In this document: positions 28,815 to 39,058 of the stretch, one piece after another
How positions within the stretch are numbered: the stretch's first letter is position 1
Layout of the letters: the number at the start of each line of letters is the position of its first letter
Made by a program: the position numbers and the translations under genes
The notes under the pieces: generated by a model
Seen by the model: the letters and a program-made list of their open reading frames with translations, nothing else
What the model was told of the DNA's origin: nothing
Database searches by the model: none
NCBI GenBank assembly: GCA_963667465.2
Contig: CAXXDN010000002.1
Location: forward strand, 1,728,001-1,792,000
Length of the DNA: 64,000 nt
Direction: 5' to 3'
From: Dehalococcoidia bacterium
GTDB taxonomy: Bacteria > Chloroflexota > Dehalococcoidia > UBA2979

Positions 28815-29038
28815 TACTGGGCCTCCCGTTGCGCCGCGTGCACCTTATCGCTGGCCGCTTCGATGATCTGTCTGATTCGCACTCGGCGGCCTCGTTCGGA
28901 AGATCCCGAATCTTGCACCTGGAGTACCTCGATGAGCGCCGTGGCGAGATCGTCGCGGTAGCCCGGAGAGCGCTCCAAGACAATCGCGACTCGATCGCGG
29001 AGCACCTCGAAAATCCGATCTCGGGAGAGCATCACCAT
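28814..29038 (-). CDS. small protein (74 aa) between the helicase and the CxC ATPase
   Basis: fills the gap exactly; stop overlaps the ATPase GTG start. Confidence 0.65.
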   Translation of the reverse strand: MVMLSRDRIFEVLRDRVAIVLERSPGYRDDLATALIEVLQVQDSGSSERGRRVRIRQIIEAASDKVHAAQREAQ

Positions 29039-29040
29039 TG

Positions 29041-31209
29041 TCAACTCCCAGCCCACACCAGGGATTCGTAGCGCGACATGACACTGCGAGGGCCACCATC
29101 ATCCCACTCATTCTCGGCCAGACTGGCGAATTCCTCTGCGCGCCGCAACTCGGTCCTCAGGATCGATGCACCGGCCGGTGACTCGGTATCGGGCGGCACA
29201 ACGATGAAGTCATGCAGCCGCGCCAGCTGTTTCCCGGGCGCCCTCCGAAGGATCCGTCCACGACGCTGTACCCACTCGCGCCGAACCGCACTCGACGCGA
29301 GCAGGAACGCGGTGTCGGTCTGGGGGATGTCGATGCCCTCATCCAGAACCTTCATAGCGGTGAGTACTTGATAGTCGCCGCGCCCAAAGGCTTCAAGCCA
29401 CCGCGCTGCATCGCGGCGGGAGGTTTCGGCGGCAGTAAAGCGATGACTGATGACCCCCAGCGCTTGGAGAACCTCGTTCACCTGATCGATTTGGGGCGGC
29501 TGCTCCAATATCACTTGTTTCGCTGAGGTGTAAATGAGGCAGCGCTGGATCGTCGATGGCCCCATCGACTCTAGGAAGTCCCGGAGTACTCCGACCTTCC
29601 TTTCGGCCTGCTCGATCACGGCGCGACGCTCACGAAGAAGGCGCTCCGCCTTTGCGGACGGGACCACTGACTGGCCATCGTCGTCGAGTCTGAAGCCCGC
29701 CTTCCTCAGTCCCTCAGTGAGTTCCTTCCACTTGTCGATCTCGCGCTCGGACATCTCCACTTCGTGGAGATGGTACTCATACGGAGTCAGACAGCCCGAG
29801 TCGATCGCATCGCCGAGCCCGAACTCAAAAACCTGTGCCCCGAAGTACTCGAACAGCTTGTCCGTACCATCAGGGTCATATTGCCGCACGGGCGTTGCGG
29901 AGAGCCCTAGTCGCAGGTCCGCGCGCTCCGGGAGGGCGCGGAAGGTCTTCGAGGCCCCAAGGTTGTGCATCTCGTCCCCGATGAGGAATACCCGAACTTG
30001 AGCGGGGAGGCGGGCGAGCAACTCCCGGATGCCGTCATCCTGGGCGAACAGGCTATTGGTGACGACGATCACTTCCGTGCGGGGGGTACCCGCAGCCAAG
30101 GCAACCTCGATCTCTTGCAGTTGCTTCTGCCGCTCAGCGCGGGGGGCACTGCTGGGGAGCGTTGGGGAGATCCCGAAGCTGCGGATATCGTCCGCCCACT
30201 GCTGCATGAGCGGCCTAGATGGCACGAGCACGATAACGAGCATCGGGCCCGGGTGTCGCCGCTGAGCTTCGACGCTGGCGATCAGCGCCGCTCGCGTCTT
30301 GCCACCGCCTGTCGCAATCGCCAGGACACCTCGCCCCTGCGCTTCTAGGAACGCATCCACGGCCACACCTTGATGGGCGTACTGGCCTGTTCGCCACTCC
30401 AAGCCGACTGGCACTTCTAGCAACTTGCGTTGAGGCGGCAGGGCACCGACTGGAAGTTCGGGTTCGAGGCCGGCGGCGTGATCCCGCCGCCACGCTTCCC
30501 AGAAGTCGTCCACAGTTGGAACTCGGCCGGGCTTGGAGCCCCGACCCGCGAATCGGAGTCCCGCGGAGGCACTCAGCGTTAGCGAGCGCGGGTGTTCGTC
30601 CTCCCACTGCCTCCGCCACTGCTCAACGAGCTTCGCCACCCGGCGCTCTGCCACGGCGCCGTCGCGCCAAGCCCTGTCAACGGTCATTTGCTCACCGTTG
30701 ACAAGCAGCCCGCGAGACGTCGCATTGCCAGAACCGTGAACCGCCAGCCAGGCGTCACCTTCGCGGACGAGCCACTGCTTCTTGTGGTAGATGCCGCCCT
30801 CCATGAGAACGAACCGCAACTCGAGACGCTTTACGGCGATGAGGTAGGCAAAGCACTCTCTCGTGTGCTCCACGAGCGCCGATTCTGAAAAGGCGCCACC
30901 CTCAAAGATTTCTTCCGCCAGCCGATCGGCGAGGTCCTGTTCGGTGGCGACGCCCTCCTGTATCGCCGCTCGGTCCTCGGAGCTGATTTCCGGGCTGATC
31001 AGAAGCTTGAGGGGCGCCTCGCCGCGCTCTATGAAGTCAGCGAGCCCAGGGGCGACCTGCGCCAAGCAGCGTGAGCTGAAGTACCCAGATCCGACCAAGA
31101 CTTCGTCGGCATGCGACATGGCCGGGACGATCACCTCACCGATTAGGTCGTCATCAGGAATCTCGTAGACGGGGGCTACATCAGTGAGGGCGGCGAGTAG
31201 ACCGGTCAT
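29041..31209 (-). CDS. PLD-like nuclease domain + SF2 DExH helicase (phosphorothioation-associated restriction type)
   Basis: GYFSS; YHKK...GSGN (HKD-like); ATGGGKT; DEMH; SATP; LDEGIDIP; QRRGRILR. Confidence 0.88.
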   Translation of the reverse strand: MTGLLAALTDVAPVYEIPDDDLIGEVIVPAMSHADEVLVGSGYFSSRCLAQVAPGLADFIERGEAPLKLLISPEISSEDRAAIQEGVATEQDLADRLAEEIFEGGAFSESALVEHTRECFAYLIAVKRLELRFVLMEGGIYHKKQWLVREGDAWLAVHGSGNATSRGLLVNGEQMTVDRAWRDGAVAERRVAKLVEQWRRQWEDEHPRSLTLSASAGLRFAGRGSKPGRVPTVDDFWEAWRRDHAAGLEPELPVGALPPQRKLLEVPVGLEWRTGQYAHQGVAVDAFLEAQGRGVLAIATGGGKTRAALIASVEAQRRHPGPMLVIVLVPSRPLMQQWADDIRSFGISPTLPSSAPRAERQKQLQEIEVALAAGTPRTEVIVVTNSLFAQDDGIRELLARLPAQVRVFLIGDEMHNLGASKTFRALPERADLRLGLSATPVRQYDPDGTDKLFEYFGAQVFEFGLGDAIDSGCLTPYEYHLHEVEMSEREIDKWKELTEGLRKAGFRLDDDGQSVVPSAKAERLLRERRAVIEQAERKVGVLRDFLESMGPSTIQRCLIYTSAKQVILEQPPQIDQVNEVLQALGVISHRFTAAETSRRDAARWLEAFGRGDYQVLTAMKVLDEGIDIPQTDTAFLLASSAVRREWVQRRGRILRRAPGKQLARLHDFIVVPPDTESPAGASILRTELRRAEEFASLAENEWDDGGPRSVMSRYESLVWAGS

Positions 31210-31539
31210 CCGGAGGCTGCCTCCATCGAATCTGGACTTCGACTATTGCCGAACAGACGGACCCGTGCGACAGCACGAGCCGACTGCATGAGTATCACAT
31301 GCGGAGACTCACGCAAAGCTACGGCGAGCGGGAACACCACGGTGCCCTGTGCACGTGGCCCTGAGAGGGGCGTTCCCAAGCCGCCTTGCGCGACCCCGAC
31401 CATAGCCAGCTTGCTGACGCAAGCGGCCACGGTCAGCGTGCTGCCTGCGCTGCACCGCCGACCCTCCTCAACGCAGAAGCTCTCCCAGTCACGGCTGCTC
31501 GGGGACTACGAGACAATCCTGCACCCGGCTGGAACGCTC

Positions 31540-31690
31540 GTTCTTCGAGGACCCTCGACACCTTGTCGGCCATGGCCAGCAGCACGTCCGGGTCCTCGGA
31601 CAACTCGGCCGCGAGGCGCCGGATAGTGGCCTTTGAAGGGGCAGCCCCCTGGTCGCTCTCGATCTGGCTCAGCTAGGCTGGCCCCTCACG
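31540..31690 (-). pseudogene. XRE-family HTH regulator remnant
   Basis: PA*LSQIESD...PSKATIRRLAAELSEDPDVLLAMADKVS; in-frame TAG where a Tyr is usual; no intact start. Confidence 0.55.
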
Positions 31691-31869
31691 ATACGCTAGG
31701 CCACTTGGCGCATAGCGCAGGCCGGGTCGCCACGCTGAAAGCCCTCGTGAACCGTCCGGACATATTCCAAGTATTGTGTATACCTCGTAATGCCCACGAG
31801 GGATGACCTGTCAAGGTCGACTCATCGAGTCCAATATTCCACGGGCTCTGGTTCTAGCGGACACGGCGG

Positions 31870-32712
31870 TCAGCCTTCCAACCTGAGAGAAAGAATCCGT
31901 TCCGGTATGGGAACGAACCCCTTAGTGGCGTATCTGCTTACCAAGTCGTCCAGACCAAATCGGCGAATCAACTCTGCCTGTTCAATTGGGCGTTCGCTAT
32001 CGCGAGTTAACGCTGAGACGAACTCTAGCGCCCGAGCCTCTCCCGGACCCCCATAGGTCCGAGACTGCCAACTTGATCGATCGCCCAAGCCAAAGTCCAT
32101 GCAGTCTGGATGGAACAGGCATCGCCAAGGTAAGGCCTTGGGGGAGGAATGAATGGAGCAGAAGTTCCTTGGACCTCGACCATCGTGAACGGGTCGGACC
32201 ACATCAATGGGCGCTAAGGTGCATCCGATCTGATGAATACTTGGTGGTTGCTGTACACGACAGTTCCAGTACATCAGCGCTGTGTCGCAGTCAACGCTAT
32301 TGTAGAAGCAATACAATGGAACCGCTCCCAACCAATCTGCGAAATCTTCAAGAGCATCCATTTGGTACTTCGAACCAGCCGGATACCTGAGCCTGCCATA
32401 CGAGTATGCTTGGGATCGATCTAGCTTCATTTTCTTCGCTTGAACGACGCAAATGGTTGGCTGGTGTCCAGGTCTGGAAATCACCCATAGCCAGTCGAAT
32501 CCCACCAACCGTTCCTTCCGCTTTGAGACCCGTTGAACGTCTATGCCGCTCAATCCGCTCCGGCGGATCTCCAGCATGGCCAGGTCCGAAATCGTATCTT
32601 CAGAAAAGCCGAGCCCCAGCTTCCGTGCGTCGTGCAGCCAGCCCCAAGTCGATTCTGCCAAGTGCTCGAACAGGCCAAGGGCAGAGAGCCCCACTGTCTG
32701 GAATGCGCGCAT
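31870..32712 (-). CDS. PD-(D/E)XK-like nuclease (DUF6615-like)
   Basis: SEDTISD...ERLVGFDWLW...VQAKK...PLYCFYN; visibly lower GC than flanks. Confidence 0.65.
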   Translation of the reverse strand: MRAFQTVGLSALGLFEHLAESTWGWLHDARKLGLGFSEDTISDLAMLEIRRSGLSGIDVQRVSKRKERLVGFDWLWVISRPGHQPTICVVQAKKMKLDRSQAYSYGRLRYPAGSKYQMDALEDFADWLGAVPLYCFYNSVDCDTALMYWNCRVQQPPSIHQIGCTLAPIDVVRPVHDGRGPRNFCSIHSSPKALPWRCLFHPDCMDFGLGDRSSWQSRTYGGPGEARALEFVSALTRDSERPIEQAELIRRFGLDDLVSRYATKGFVPIPERILSLRLEG

Positions 32713-33116
32713 GCCTTGCTTGGCTCCTCCGCTCGAACCAGTGGTCGTGGTGGAGAGTGTATTCGTCAGCGCGCCATCCCTCCAGCGCGGAAGCGCCTGC
32801 GACGTTGACGGACTGCACACCATATGCCTCGCCCATGCCGTCGGCCCGAGGTCGGCTATCAGCGTTCGCCTAGGGGGAAGCATCCGAGACCATCAACCGC
32901 GTCGTGAACGACCGATCAGTCACGCTGTGAATGGATGTCAGGCGGAGGATCGTAGCGACGGGAGGCGGGGACGCATGCGGGGACGACCGCATTCGGATCC
33001 TGGCCGACTGCCCTGTCGCTGGACTGCGCGGACTGAAACGCAAAGGGCCGTACACATAGACGCCGAGGGGAGGCCACCGCACCACATGCTGGTGGCCTCC
33101 CCCGTTTGCTCCCGGC

Positions 33117-35366
33117 CTATCGTCTCTGGCCGACCGGCTCCGTCTCCCGCTCCCTTTCCAACGCCCACTCGAAGAGCGAGATGGATGCGGGCTCGGACCT
33201 CCGGCTGCGGCGCTTCGGCTCGGCCGTCTCCTCGGCCATGAACTCCGCCCACGAGAACAGCGAGCGCTGCGGTTCCGTGGCCTCGGTGTCCACGACGCCC
33301 GTCGCGACTTCGGCAGCCACCGGCTCCAGTTCCGGCTCGTGCCAGCCCTCGTCGACCAGCAACGCCTCGGCCTCGGCCGCGACCTGCTGGGCCTGCGCGA
33401 ACACCGACTCGACTGAGTCGGCGTCCTCCTCGCCGGCGACGATCTTGCGGGCCAAGGCGAGCATCAGGTCGTCGCCGTCGTCCCCGTGGGCGGCGAGGCC
33501 GTCCTCGGGCAGCTCACCCTCCACCGCCAGCGACGATTGGAGCTTCTTCGCCACGAGCTTGAGGGCGTCGGCCTGCAGGGTGTTCCGGTAGGCCATGAAG
33601 ACGACCTGGACGGGCTCGGTCTGGCCGATGCGCCAGGAGCGCCGTGACGCCTGCCGCATGGTGTAGACGGAGTAGTCCGTCTCGAACCAGACGATCGTCG
33701 GGAAGTCGACGAGGTCGAGGCCCGTCTGCACGAGTCGGGGGTGGCAGACGAGCACGTCGACGCCCTCCTCGACGCGCTTCGCCACCCACGCCTCGCGGCG
33801 CTCGGGCGGCACGGCGTCGGCCTTCATCACCGCGACCCGGAGGCCGTGGCGGCCGAGGAACTCCTCCATCCGCCCCGTGATGTCGCGCGTGCCCGTGTGG
33901 GTGGCGTAGACGAGCACCCGGCGGCCCGCCAGCCGCTCCGCGGCCACCAGGTCGAGCAGCGCCTGCTCCTTCGGATAGAGCCGCTCCCCGGGGAGGGGCG
34001 GGACCTGCACGAGCAGCTCCTCGCTCTCCGGGTCGAAGACCGCCTCGCCGCGCGTGCAGCCGTCGGGGTAGGCGAGCAGCGTCTGCAGGTAGGTCGCGAG
34101 CAGCCTTCTGGAACCCTTCGAGAGCGCGTCCGCGAGCGCCGCACGCAGCGTCCCGAAGAGCTCGTCGTAGCCCGAGCGCTGCGAGAGCCCCGCCGCGCCG
34201 GCCTCCGTGTCCATCGAGGAGAGCAGCACGCGCTCCTCGTAGGGCGGAAGCCCGGCGGCGACGTCGGAGAGCCGGAGGAACACCGAGTTGCCGATCAGGT
34301 GGAAGAGCGCGGCGGGGGCGAGCCCCGGACGCTCCCGGATCACCTTCCGGTACTTGCGGCGGCGGCTGGTGCGCCCGTCCTCCTCGGCCACGTCGTCGTC
34401 GCGCCCGATGGTGTGCTCGACGAAGCCGTAGCGCTCGATCCAGCGGCCCTCCTCGGAGCGCCCGAACTCCCCCCTGATCTCCGGGCTGAACCGGTAGAGC
34501 AGGTGGAAGAGCGTCGAGGAGTAGCCGCCCATGAGCGTGCCCGAGAGGCTGAGCGACTTGCCGCAGGCGTCGGCGAGCACGCCGGCGGCGATGCCCTGGG
34601 CGGAGCCGCGGCCCTTGTACTCGTGGACCTCGTCGCCGACGAGCAGGTCGAAGAAGCCCTTGAGGCGGTGCTTCACGTAGTCGGCGAGCGGGTAGCGCTT
34701 CGGCCCTGAGCGGTCGGCCTGCCAGAGCGCGGAGCCGCACTCCGGGCACCAGCGCTTGCGGCGCGCGAGGTCGCGGCCGAGCAGCGGCACGCCGTCCTTG
34801 TCGACGATCTGCTCGTGGCAGTCCGGGCAGCACGGCACCCGGAACGGCTCGCCCGTCTCCTCGTGGCGCACGAGCCCACGGGCGGTGGTGGCCCAGCGCT
34901 CCACCACGGCGGGCTGCCAGCGGTAGGAGAGCTTGGCCCGCTCGCGCGACATGATCGTGAAGAGCGGTCCACTGCCGGTGGCAGTGCGCAGCCGCTCCAG
35001 ATCGGTGATCGAGGCGACGATCACGGCGCGGGCGCCGGGCACCGTCGCCTCCACCTCGCGCTTCCACTTGCGGGTGAGGTGCGGCGGGCAGAGCACGAGC
35101 ACCCGCTCGAAGCCGGCCATGTAGGCCGCCGAGGCGGCGATGAAGGTCTTGCCCGTGCCCATCTCGCCGACGACAGTCGTGCCGCGCTGCGCCTCGAGCG
35201 AGAGCGCGGCGCCGCGGATGGCGTCGGCCTGTGCGCCCAGGGGAGCACGCAACAGGGGCGGGAGTTCGCGGCCCTGCTCGGAGGGCCGGTAGCGGGGTGG
35301 GTAGGACTCCACCACCCGCCGGGCGATGGCGTCGCGGTACGTGTCGATGAATCCTGCGAGGTCCAT
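33117..35366 (-). CDS. SF2/SNF2-related helicase with inserted zinc ribbon
   Basis: GEMGTGKT; CPDC...CPEC; DEVH; SGT; TGLDL; QASRRSWRIGQ. Confidence 0.85.
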   Translation of the reverse strand: MDLAGFIDTYRDAIARRVVESYPPRYRPSEQGRELPPLLRAPLGAQADAIRGAALSLEAQRGTTVVGEMGTGKTFIAASAAYMAGFERVLVLCPPHLTRKWKREVEATVPGARAVIVASITDLERLRTATGSGPLFTIMSRERAKLSYRWQPAVVERWATTARGLVRHEETGEPFRVPCCPDCHEQIVDKDGVPLLGRDLARRKRWCPECGSALWQADRSGPKRYPLADYVKHRLKGFFDLLVGDEVHEYKGRGSAQGIAAGVLADACGKSLSLSGTLMGGYSSTLFHLLYRFSPEIRGEFGRSEEGRWIERYGFVEHTIGRDDDVAEEDGRTSRRRKYRKVIRERPGLAPAALFHLIGNSVFLRLSDVAAGLPPYEERVLLSSMDTEAGAAGLSQRSGYDELFGTLRAALADALSKGSRRLLATYLQTLLAYPDGCTRGEAVFDPESEELLVQVPPLPGERLYPKEQALLDLVAAERLAGRRVLVYATHTGTRDITGRMEEFLGRHGLRVAVMKADAVPPERREAWVAKRVEEGVDVLVCHPRLVQTGLDLVDFPTIVWFETDYSVYTMRQASRRSWRIGQTEPVQVVFMAYRNTLQADALKLVAKKLQSSLAVEGELPEDGLAAHGDDGDDLMLALARKIVAGEEDADSVESVFAQAQQVAAEAEALLVDEGWHEPELEPVAAEVATGVVDTEATEPQRSLFSWAEFMAEETAEPKRRSRRSEPASISLFEWALERERETEPVGQRR

Positions 35367-35471
35367 GTTTCCGTTCCTTTCGTGATTGCCATGGTCTTGA
35401 TGAAGCGAGGACCCGCCGGTTCCCGGTAGGGGAGGGCGGGGCCTCGTGGTGCGGCTCGTTGGGGTGAGCCG

Positions 35472-35657
35472 TCAGGCGGTCGTGGCGTCGCGCCCGGCGC
35501 CGTCGTGGCAGCCGCCCTTGAGGTGGATGGCCCGCACCGGGGAGGCGACGGCCCGTCCATAGGCGAGGTCGACCGACGCCGTCCGTATGACGGGTTCGCC
35601 GGGGAGGATCGAGCGCCCGCAGCGGGCGCAGGTCTCCGGGGCCAGGGTCATCTGCAT
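35472..35657 (-). CDS. small Cys/His protein (61 aa; CARC...H...C)
   Basis: RBS-like GGAGAGAGGAAG; flanked by hairpin motifs; putative zinc finger. Confidence 0.6.
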   Translation of the reverse strand: MQMTLAPETCARCGRSILPGEPVIRTASVDLAYGRAVASPVRAIHLKGGCHDGAGRDATTA

Positions 35658-35761
35658 CTGCTTCCTCTCTTCCTTCGGAGGGACGTTGTGTCCGTCGTGA
35701 CGTGGCGAGGCCCCGCGATCGCATGACCGCGGGGCCTCGTGGTGCCGCTCGAGGTGAGCGG

Positions 35762-36795
35762 TCAGGCGGCGATGTCTGTGATCTCGCCGATGTCGAGGTC
35801 GAGGGCGACGACGGTGGTCCGCAGTCGCTCCCGGTAGGTCTCCTTCTCGGGCGTGGTCTCGACGAGGACCATCTCCTTCGAGGTCCTGCCCTTGACGAGG
35901 ATGCGGCTGCCGTCCGCCTCGAGCTGGAGGTTGTCGAGGAACCCCGCCGCGACCAGCATCGCGAGGTGGCCGCGGCGCAGCGGCATGAGCGGCCGCGTGC
36001 GCCCGTCCTCGGCCGGCCAGAGCGCGTCGGTCACCGTGGCGCTGACCCAGAGCCCGGAGCCCCTCGACTCTGCAGCCGCGGCCACGGGGTCGATGGTGCG
36101 GGTGGCGAAGAGCACCTCGCCACCCGCGCTCGCCCGGGCGTTGTAGACGGGGTAGCGCTGGCGGCTCAGCTCCTCGACGTTGCCCTCCATGCACTCCTGC
36201 AGCCGCACGGCGCTGTACTGGTCGTACTGCACCTCGGCCTTGCGCGTGCCGGTGACGACGACCTGGTCGAAGGCGTCGCGCTCCGGGTCCGGGAAGGCCC
36301 AGCAGCGCAGCCGCGCGTAGTGCGAGGCGAGGTAGTTGGCGGAGCCCGCCAGCCGCCGCCTCGGCACCACGAAGACGAGCAGGCCGTGCTCGGCCAGATA
36401 GCGAGTGCAGTGGCGCAGGAACGCGTGCTCGGTGCGCTTCTCCTCCCCTGCATCGTCGTCGTACGGCGGGTTCAGGTAGAGCAGCCCGAACGCCCCGTTG
36501 GCGATCGACGTCTGGAAGAGGTCCGTGCCGAGCACGTGGTCGAGGCGGTCCTGCGCCTCCTTCGCGCGCTCGGCGTGGAGCTCCACCCCGTAGGTCTCGA
36601 CGGCGGAGCCGTCGGGCCGGTCGATGCCCGCTGCGAGCTGCGCGAGCGCGTCCCCGGCCCCGCGCAGGGGTCGAGGATGCGCAGCGTCGTCTCGCCGCGG
36701 ACGGTGCTGCGAGCCTGCATCAGGCTCGCGATCATCTCGGTGACTCGTGGCGGCGTCGGGTAGAACCCGCCCTTCGCCTGGGCTGCCAGTCTCAT
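35762..36795 (-). CDS. DUF6094-like SAM-dependent DNA methyltransferase, frameshift near 36655
   Basis: MRLAAQAKGGFYPTP; LDPCAG (motif I); YGVEL; LYLNPPY (motif IV) in the second frame. Confidence 0.85.
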
Positions 36796-37445
36796 CTCGT
36801 GTCTCCTTCCGGGTGTTCATTGGTTGACTGCTCCCGCGGCAGCGTGAGCGTCCCGGCCGCCACGGCGTGCGAGAGGTCCTCGCGCAGTGCCTCGGCGTTC
36901 GGGGTGCAGCGGTAGGCGGCGATGCCGGCCGACTGCAGCGGCACGATCTCGTCCTCCGCCAGCCCCCGGCGCCACAGCCAGTCCGCCCAGTTGCGATGCA
37001 GGGGCAGGGGGCTGCGGCGGTCGAGGAAGCGGTGGTGCAGGGCGGGCGCCTCCTCCTCGCCGGGGGCGAGCAGCAGGAACGCGTCCCGCTCGAAGGCGTA
37101 CTCGGCGAGGCGGGTGTAGACGAGGGCGTGCCAGCCTCCCGAGACGGGCAGGCGGGCGATCTTCGTCGTCCACGTGCCGAGCGTTTCGTAGGGGACCTCG
37201 CAGCGGTGGAAGCCGCCCGAGAGCACGTTCCCATCCGTGCCGGCGAGCAGGTGCGCGGTCTCGGGCGGCCGCTTGAGGAGAGCGGCCCAGATTGCCTTGA
37301 GGGCGCTCTGGGCGCCGACCATCGATAGGAACCAGAGTCCCTCGCTGTCGGGGTCGCGCGCGAAGGCGTCGGCCGTGGCCGAGAAGCCGTTCGCGCTGAT
37401 CGTGTACAGGTCCCGGGTGTCCGGGGCGGCGTGCGCCGCGAGCAT
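36792..37445 (-). CDS. hypothetical protein coupled to the methyltransferase
   Basis: GAAGGAG RBS; ATGA overlap with the methyltransferase. Confidence 0.7.
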   Translation of the reverse strand: MLAAHAAPDTRDLYTISANGFSATADAFARDPDSEGLWFLSMVGAQSALKAIWAALLKRPPETAHLLAGTDGNVLSGGFHRCEVPYETLGTWTTKIARLPVSGGWHALVYTRLAEYAFERDAFLLLAPGEEEAPALHHRFLDRRSPLPLHRNWADWLWRRGLAEDEIVPLQSAGIAAYRCTPNAEALREDLSHAVAAGTLTLPREQSTNEHPEGDTR

Positions 37446-37506
37446 GGGCTGTCTCCTTCCGTTGAGTGCCTGGTGGTTCGTGCGCGGGCGAGCGCCCGCG
37501 TGTGCG

Positions 37507-38004
37507 TCAGCCGCCGAAGAGCCCGCGCTCCCGGAGGCTGACGGCCTCGTCGCCGATCACGATGTGGTCGAGCAGCTCGATGCCGAGCAGCGTCGCCGCC
37601 TCCGCCAGCGCCTTCGTGACGTCGACGTCGTTGGTGCTCGGTGACGCGTCTCCGCTGGGGTGGTTGTGGACGACGATGAGGTTGGGGACGGCCTCGACGA
37701 CCGCCGGCCGCAGCACCTCGGCGAGCCGCACGACCGCCGAGTAGCAGTTGCCGAGGTAGATCACGCGCTGCCCGACGACGCGGTTGCGGCGGTCGAGCAG
37801 CAGCACGCGCAGCTGCTCCTGCGCGAGCGTCGCCATCTCCGGGCCCAGCAGGCGCTGCACATCCTCCGGCGAGCCGACGATCGGAGCGTCCGGCTCGCGC
37901 TCGGGCCGCGTCTCGACCTCGTAGCGCACGGCCAGCTCGCTCAGGACGTCGAGGTTGCTGCGGAGCGCCGCGAGCAGCGCGTCCGCGTGCCCGGTGGCGG
38001 TCAT
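37507..38004 (-). CDS. radC: RadC/JAB domain protein
   Basis: QEQLRVLLLD; VHNHPSGDASPS..D; LLDHIVIG. Confidence 0.92.
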   Translation of the reverse strand: MTATGHADALLAALRSNLDVLSELAVRYEVETRPEREPDAPIVGSPEDVQRLLGPEMATLAQEQLRVLLLDRRNRVVGQRVIYLGNCYSAVVRLAEVLRPAVVEAVPNLIVVHNHPSGDASPSTNDVDVTKALAEAATLLGIELLDHIVIGDEAVSLRERGLFGG

Positions 38005-38540
38005 ACCGTCACCTCCACGGGGATCGCCTGCCCGAGCGGGCAGTTGCAGTCCTGGTGGTCGGGCGAAGCCTCGTCGTCGCAGTCGAGGCAGTTGCCGCAG
38101 TTGCGGCAGGCCACCCGCTGGTGGGCGGCGTCGCGGGCGTGACGCCGGGCGACGGTGTCCTCCCAGCAGCAGTTGCGCTCGCAGTTGTCGCCGTGGTCGT
38201 CCCCGGCCGCAGCGGCGGCGTCCAGCTCGCAGGCGCGGCAGTGCGTGCGCCCGCGCACGATCGGGTGACCGCAGCCGGGACAGTCACCGCCGTAGTCGCC
38301 GCTGCGCTGGAGCTCGGCCCGCACGATCTGGCGGGCCGAGGGGTGGCCGTCGGGTCCGCCGGACTCGGCGACGTAGTGCCAGGCCCACTTCGCCCCGAGG
38401 TCGGCCCAGTCGTCGGTGCGGTAGGACCAGCCGTCGCAGGTGCAGTGGCCGTTGAAGTGGTCCGGACCCTCGAGCAGGGTCATGACCAGCGTGTGCGCGC
38501 TCCAGGTGGGGAGCGCGGCGCATTCGGTAGTGCGCGCCAT
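38001..38540 (-). CDS. Cys-rich hypothetical protein (several putative zinc ribbons)
   Basis: GAAGGAG RBS; CTC, CPGC, CRAC, CRNC...CLDC, CNC. Confidence 0.65.
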   Translation of the reverse strand: MARTTECAALPTWSAHTLVMTLLEGPDHFNGHCTCDGWSYRTDDWADLGAKWAWHYVAESGGPDGHPSARQIVRAELQRSGDYGGDCPGCGHPIVRGRTHCRACELDAAAAAGDDHGDNCERNCCWEDTVARRHARDAAHQRVACRNCGNCLDCDDEASPDHQDCNCPLGQAIPVEVTV

Positions 38541-38659
38541 GTTCGGTTCTCCTTCGTGTGTTGCTGATCGGGTGGAACGAGAGCGGGGCCGCCCCCGTGA
38601 GGGAGCGGCCCCGTGTGCGCCCGCGACGTGGCGGACGGCGTCTGTGTGCCGTGAGGTGG

Positions 38660-39058
38660 CTAGAAGGGCTGGTCGTCCGCGACCTCGGCGGCGGCGTCGC
38701 GGCTACCGTTCCCGTTGCCGTTGGAGCGCCCATTGCCGTTCGAGTCGAGGAAGATGACCTCCTGCGCGTGCACCTCGCTGCGGTGGCGGCGCTGGCCGTC
38801 CTGCGTCTCGTAGCTGTTCTGGGCGAGCGAGCCGGCAACGAAGATGCGGTTGCCCTTCTTCACGTACTCGGCGACGGCCTCGGCCTGCTTGCCCCAGCAG
38901 ACGACGTTGTGCCAGTCGGCCTCGGTCTCGCCGTTCTGGCGGCGGCGGTCGGTCGCCAACCTGAGCTGGCAGATCGCCGTGCCGTTCTGGCTGTACTTCA
39001 GCTCCGGGTCGGTCCCGACGCGGCCCAGCAGCTCGATGCGGTTGATCGTGCGTGACAT
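38660..39058 (-). CDS. ssb: single-stranded DNA-binding protein
   Basis: INRIELLGRVGTDPE; WHNVVCWGKQAE; acidic DDQPF tail. Confidence 0.95.
   Translation of the reverse strand: MSRTINRIELLGRVGTDPELKYSQNGTAICQLRLATDRRRQNGETEADWHNVVCWGKQAEAVAEYVKKGNRIFVAGSLAQNSYETQDGQRRHRSEVHAQEVIFLDSNGNGRSNGNGNGSRDAAAEVADDQPF

Noticed and set aside
33514-35724. 736-aa alternative-frame ORF
   Set aside because: Arg/Gly/Pro-rich shadow of the helicase gene in high-GC DNA; no motifs.
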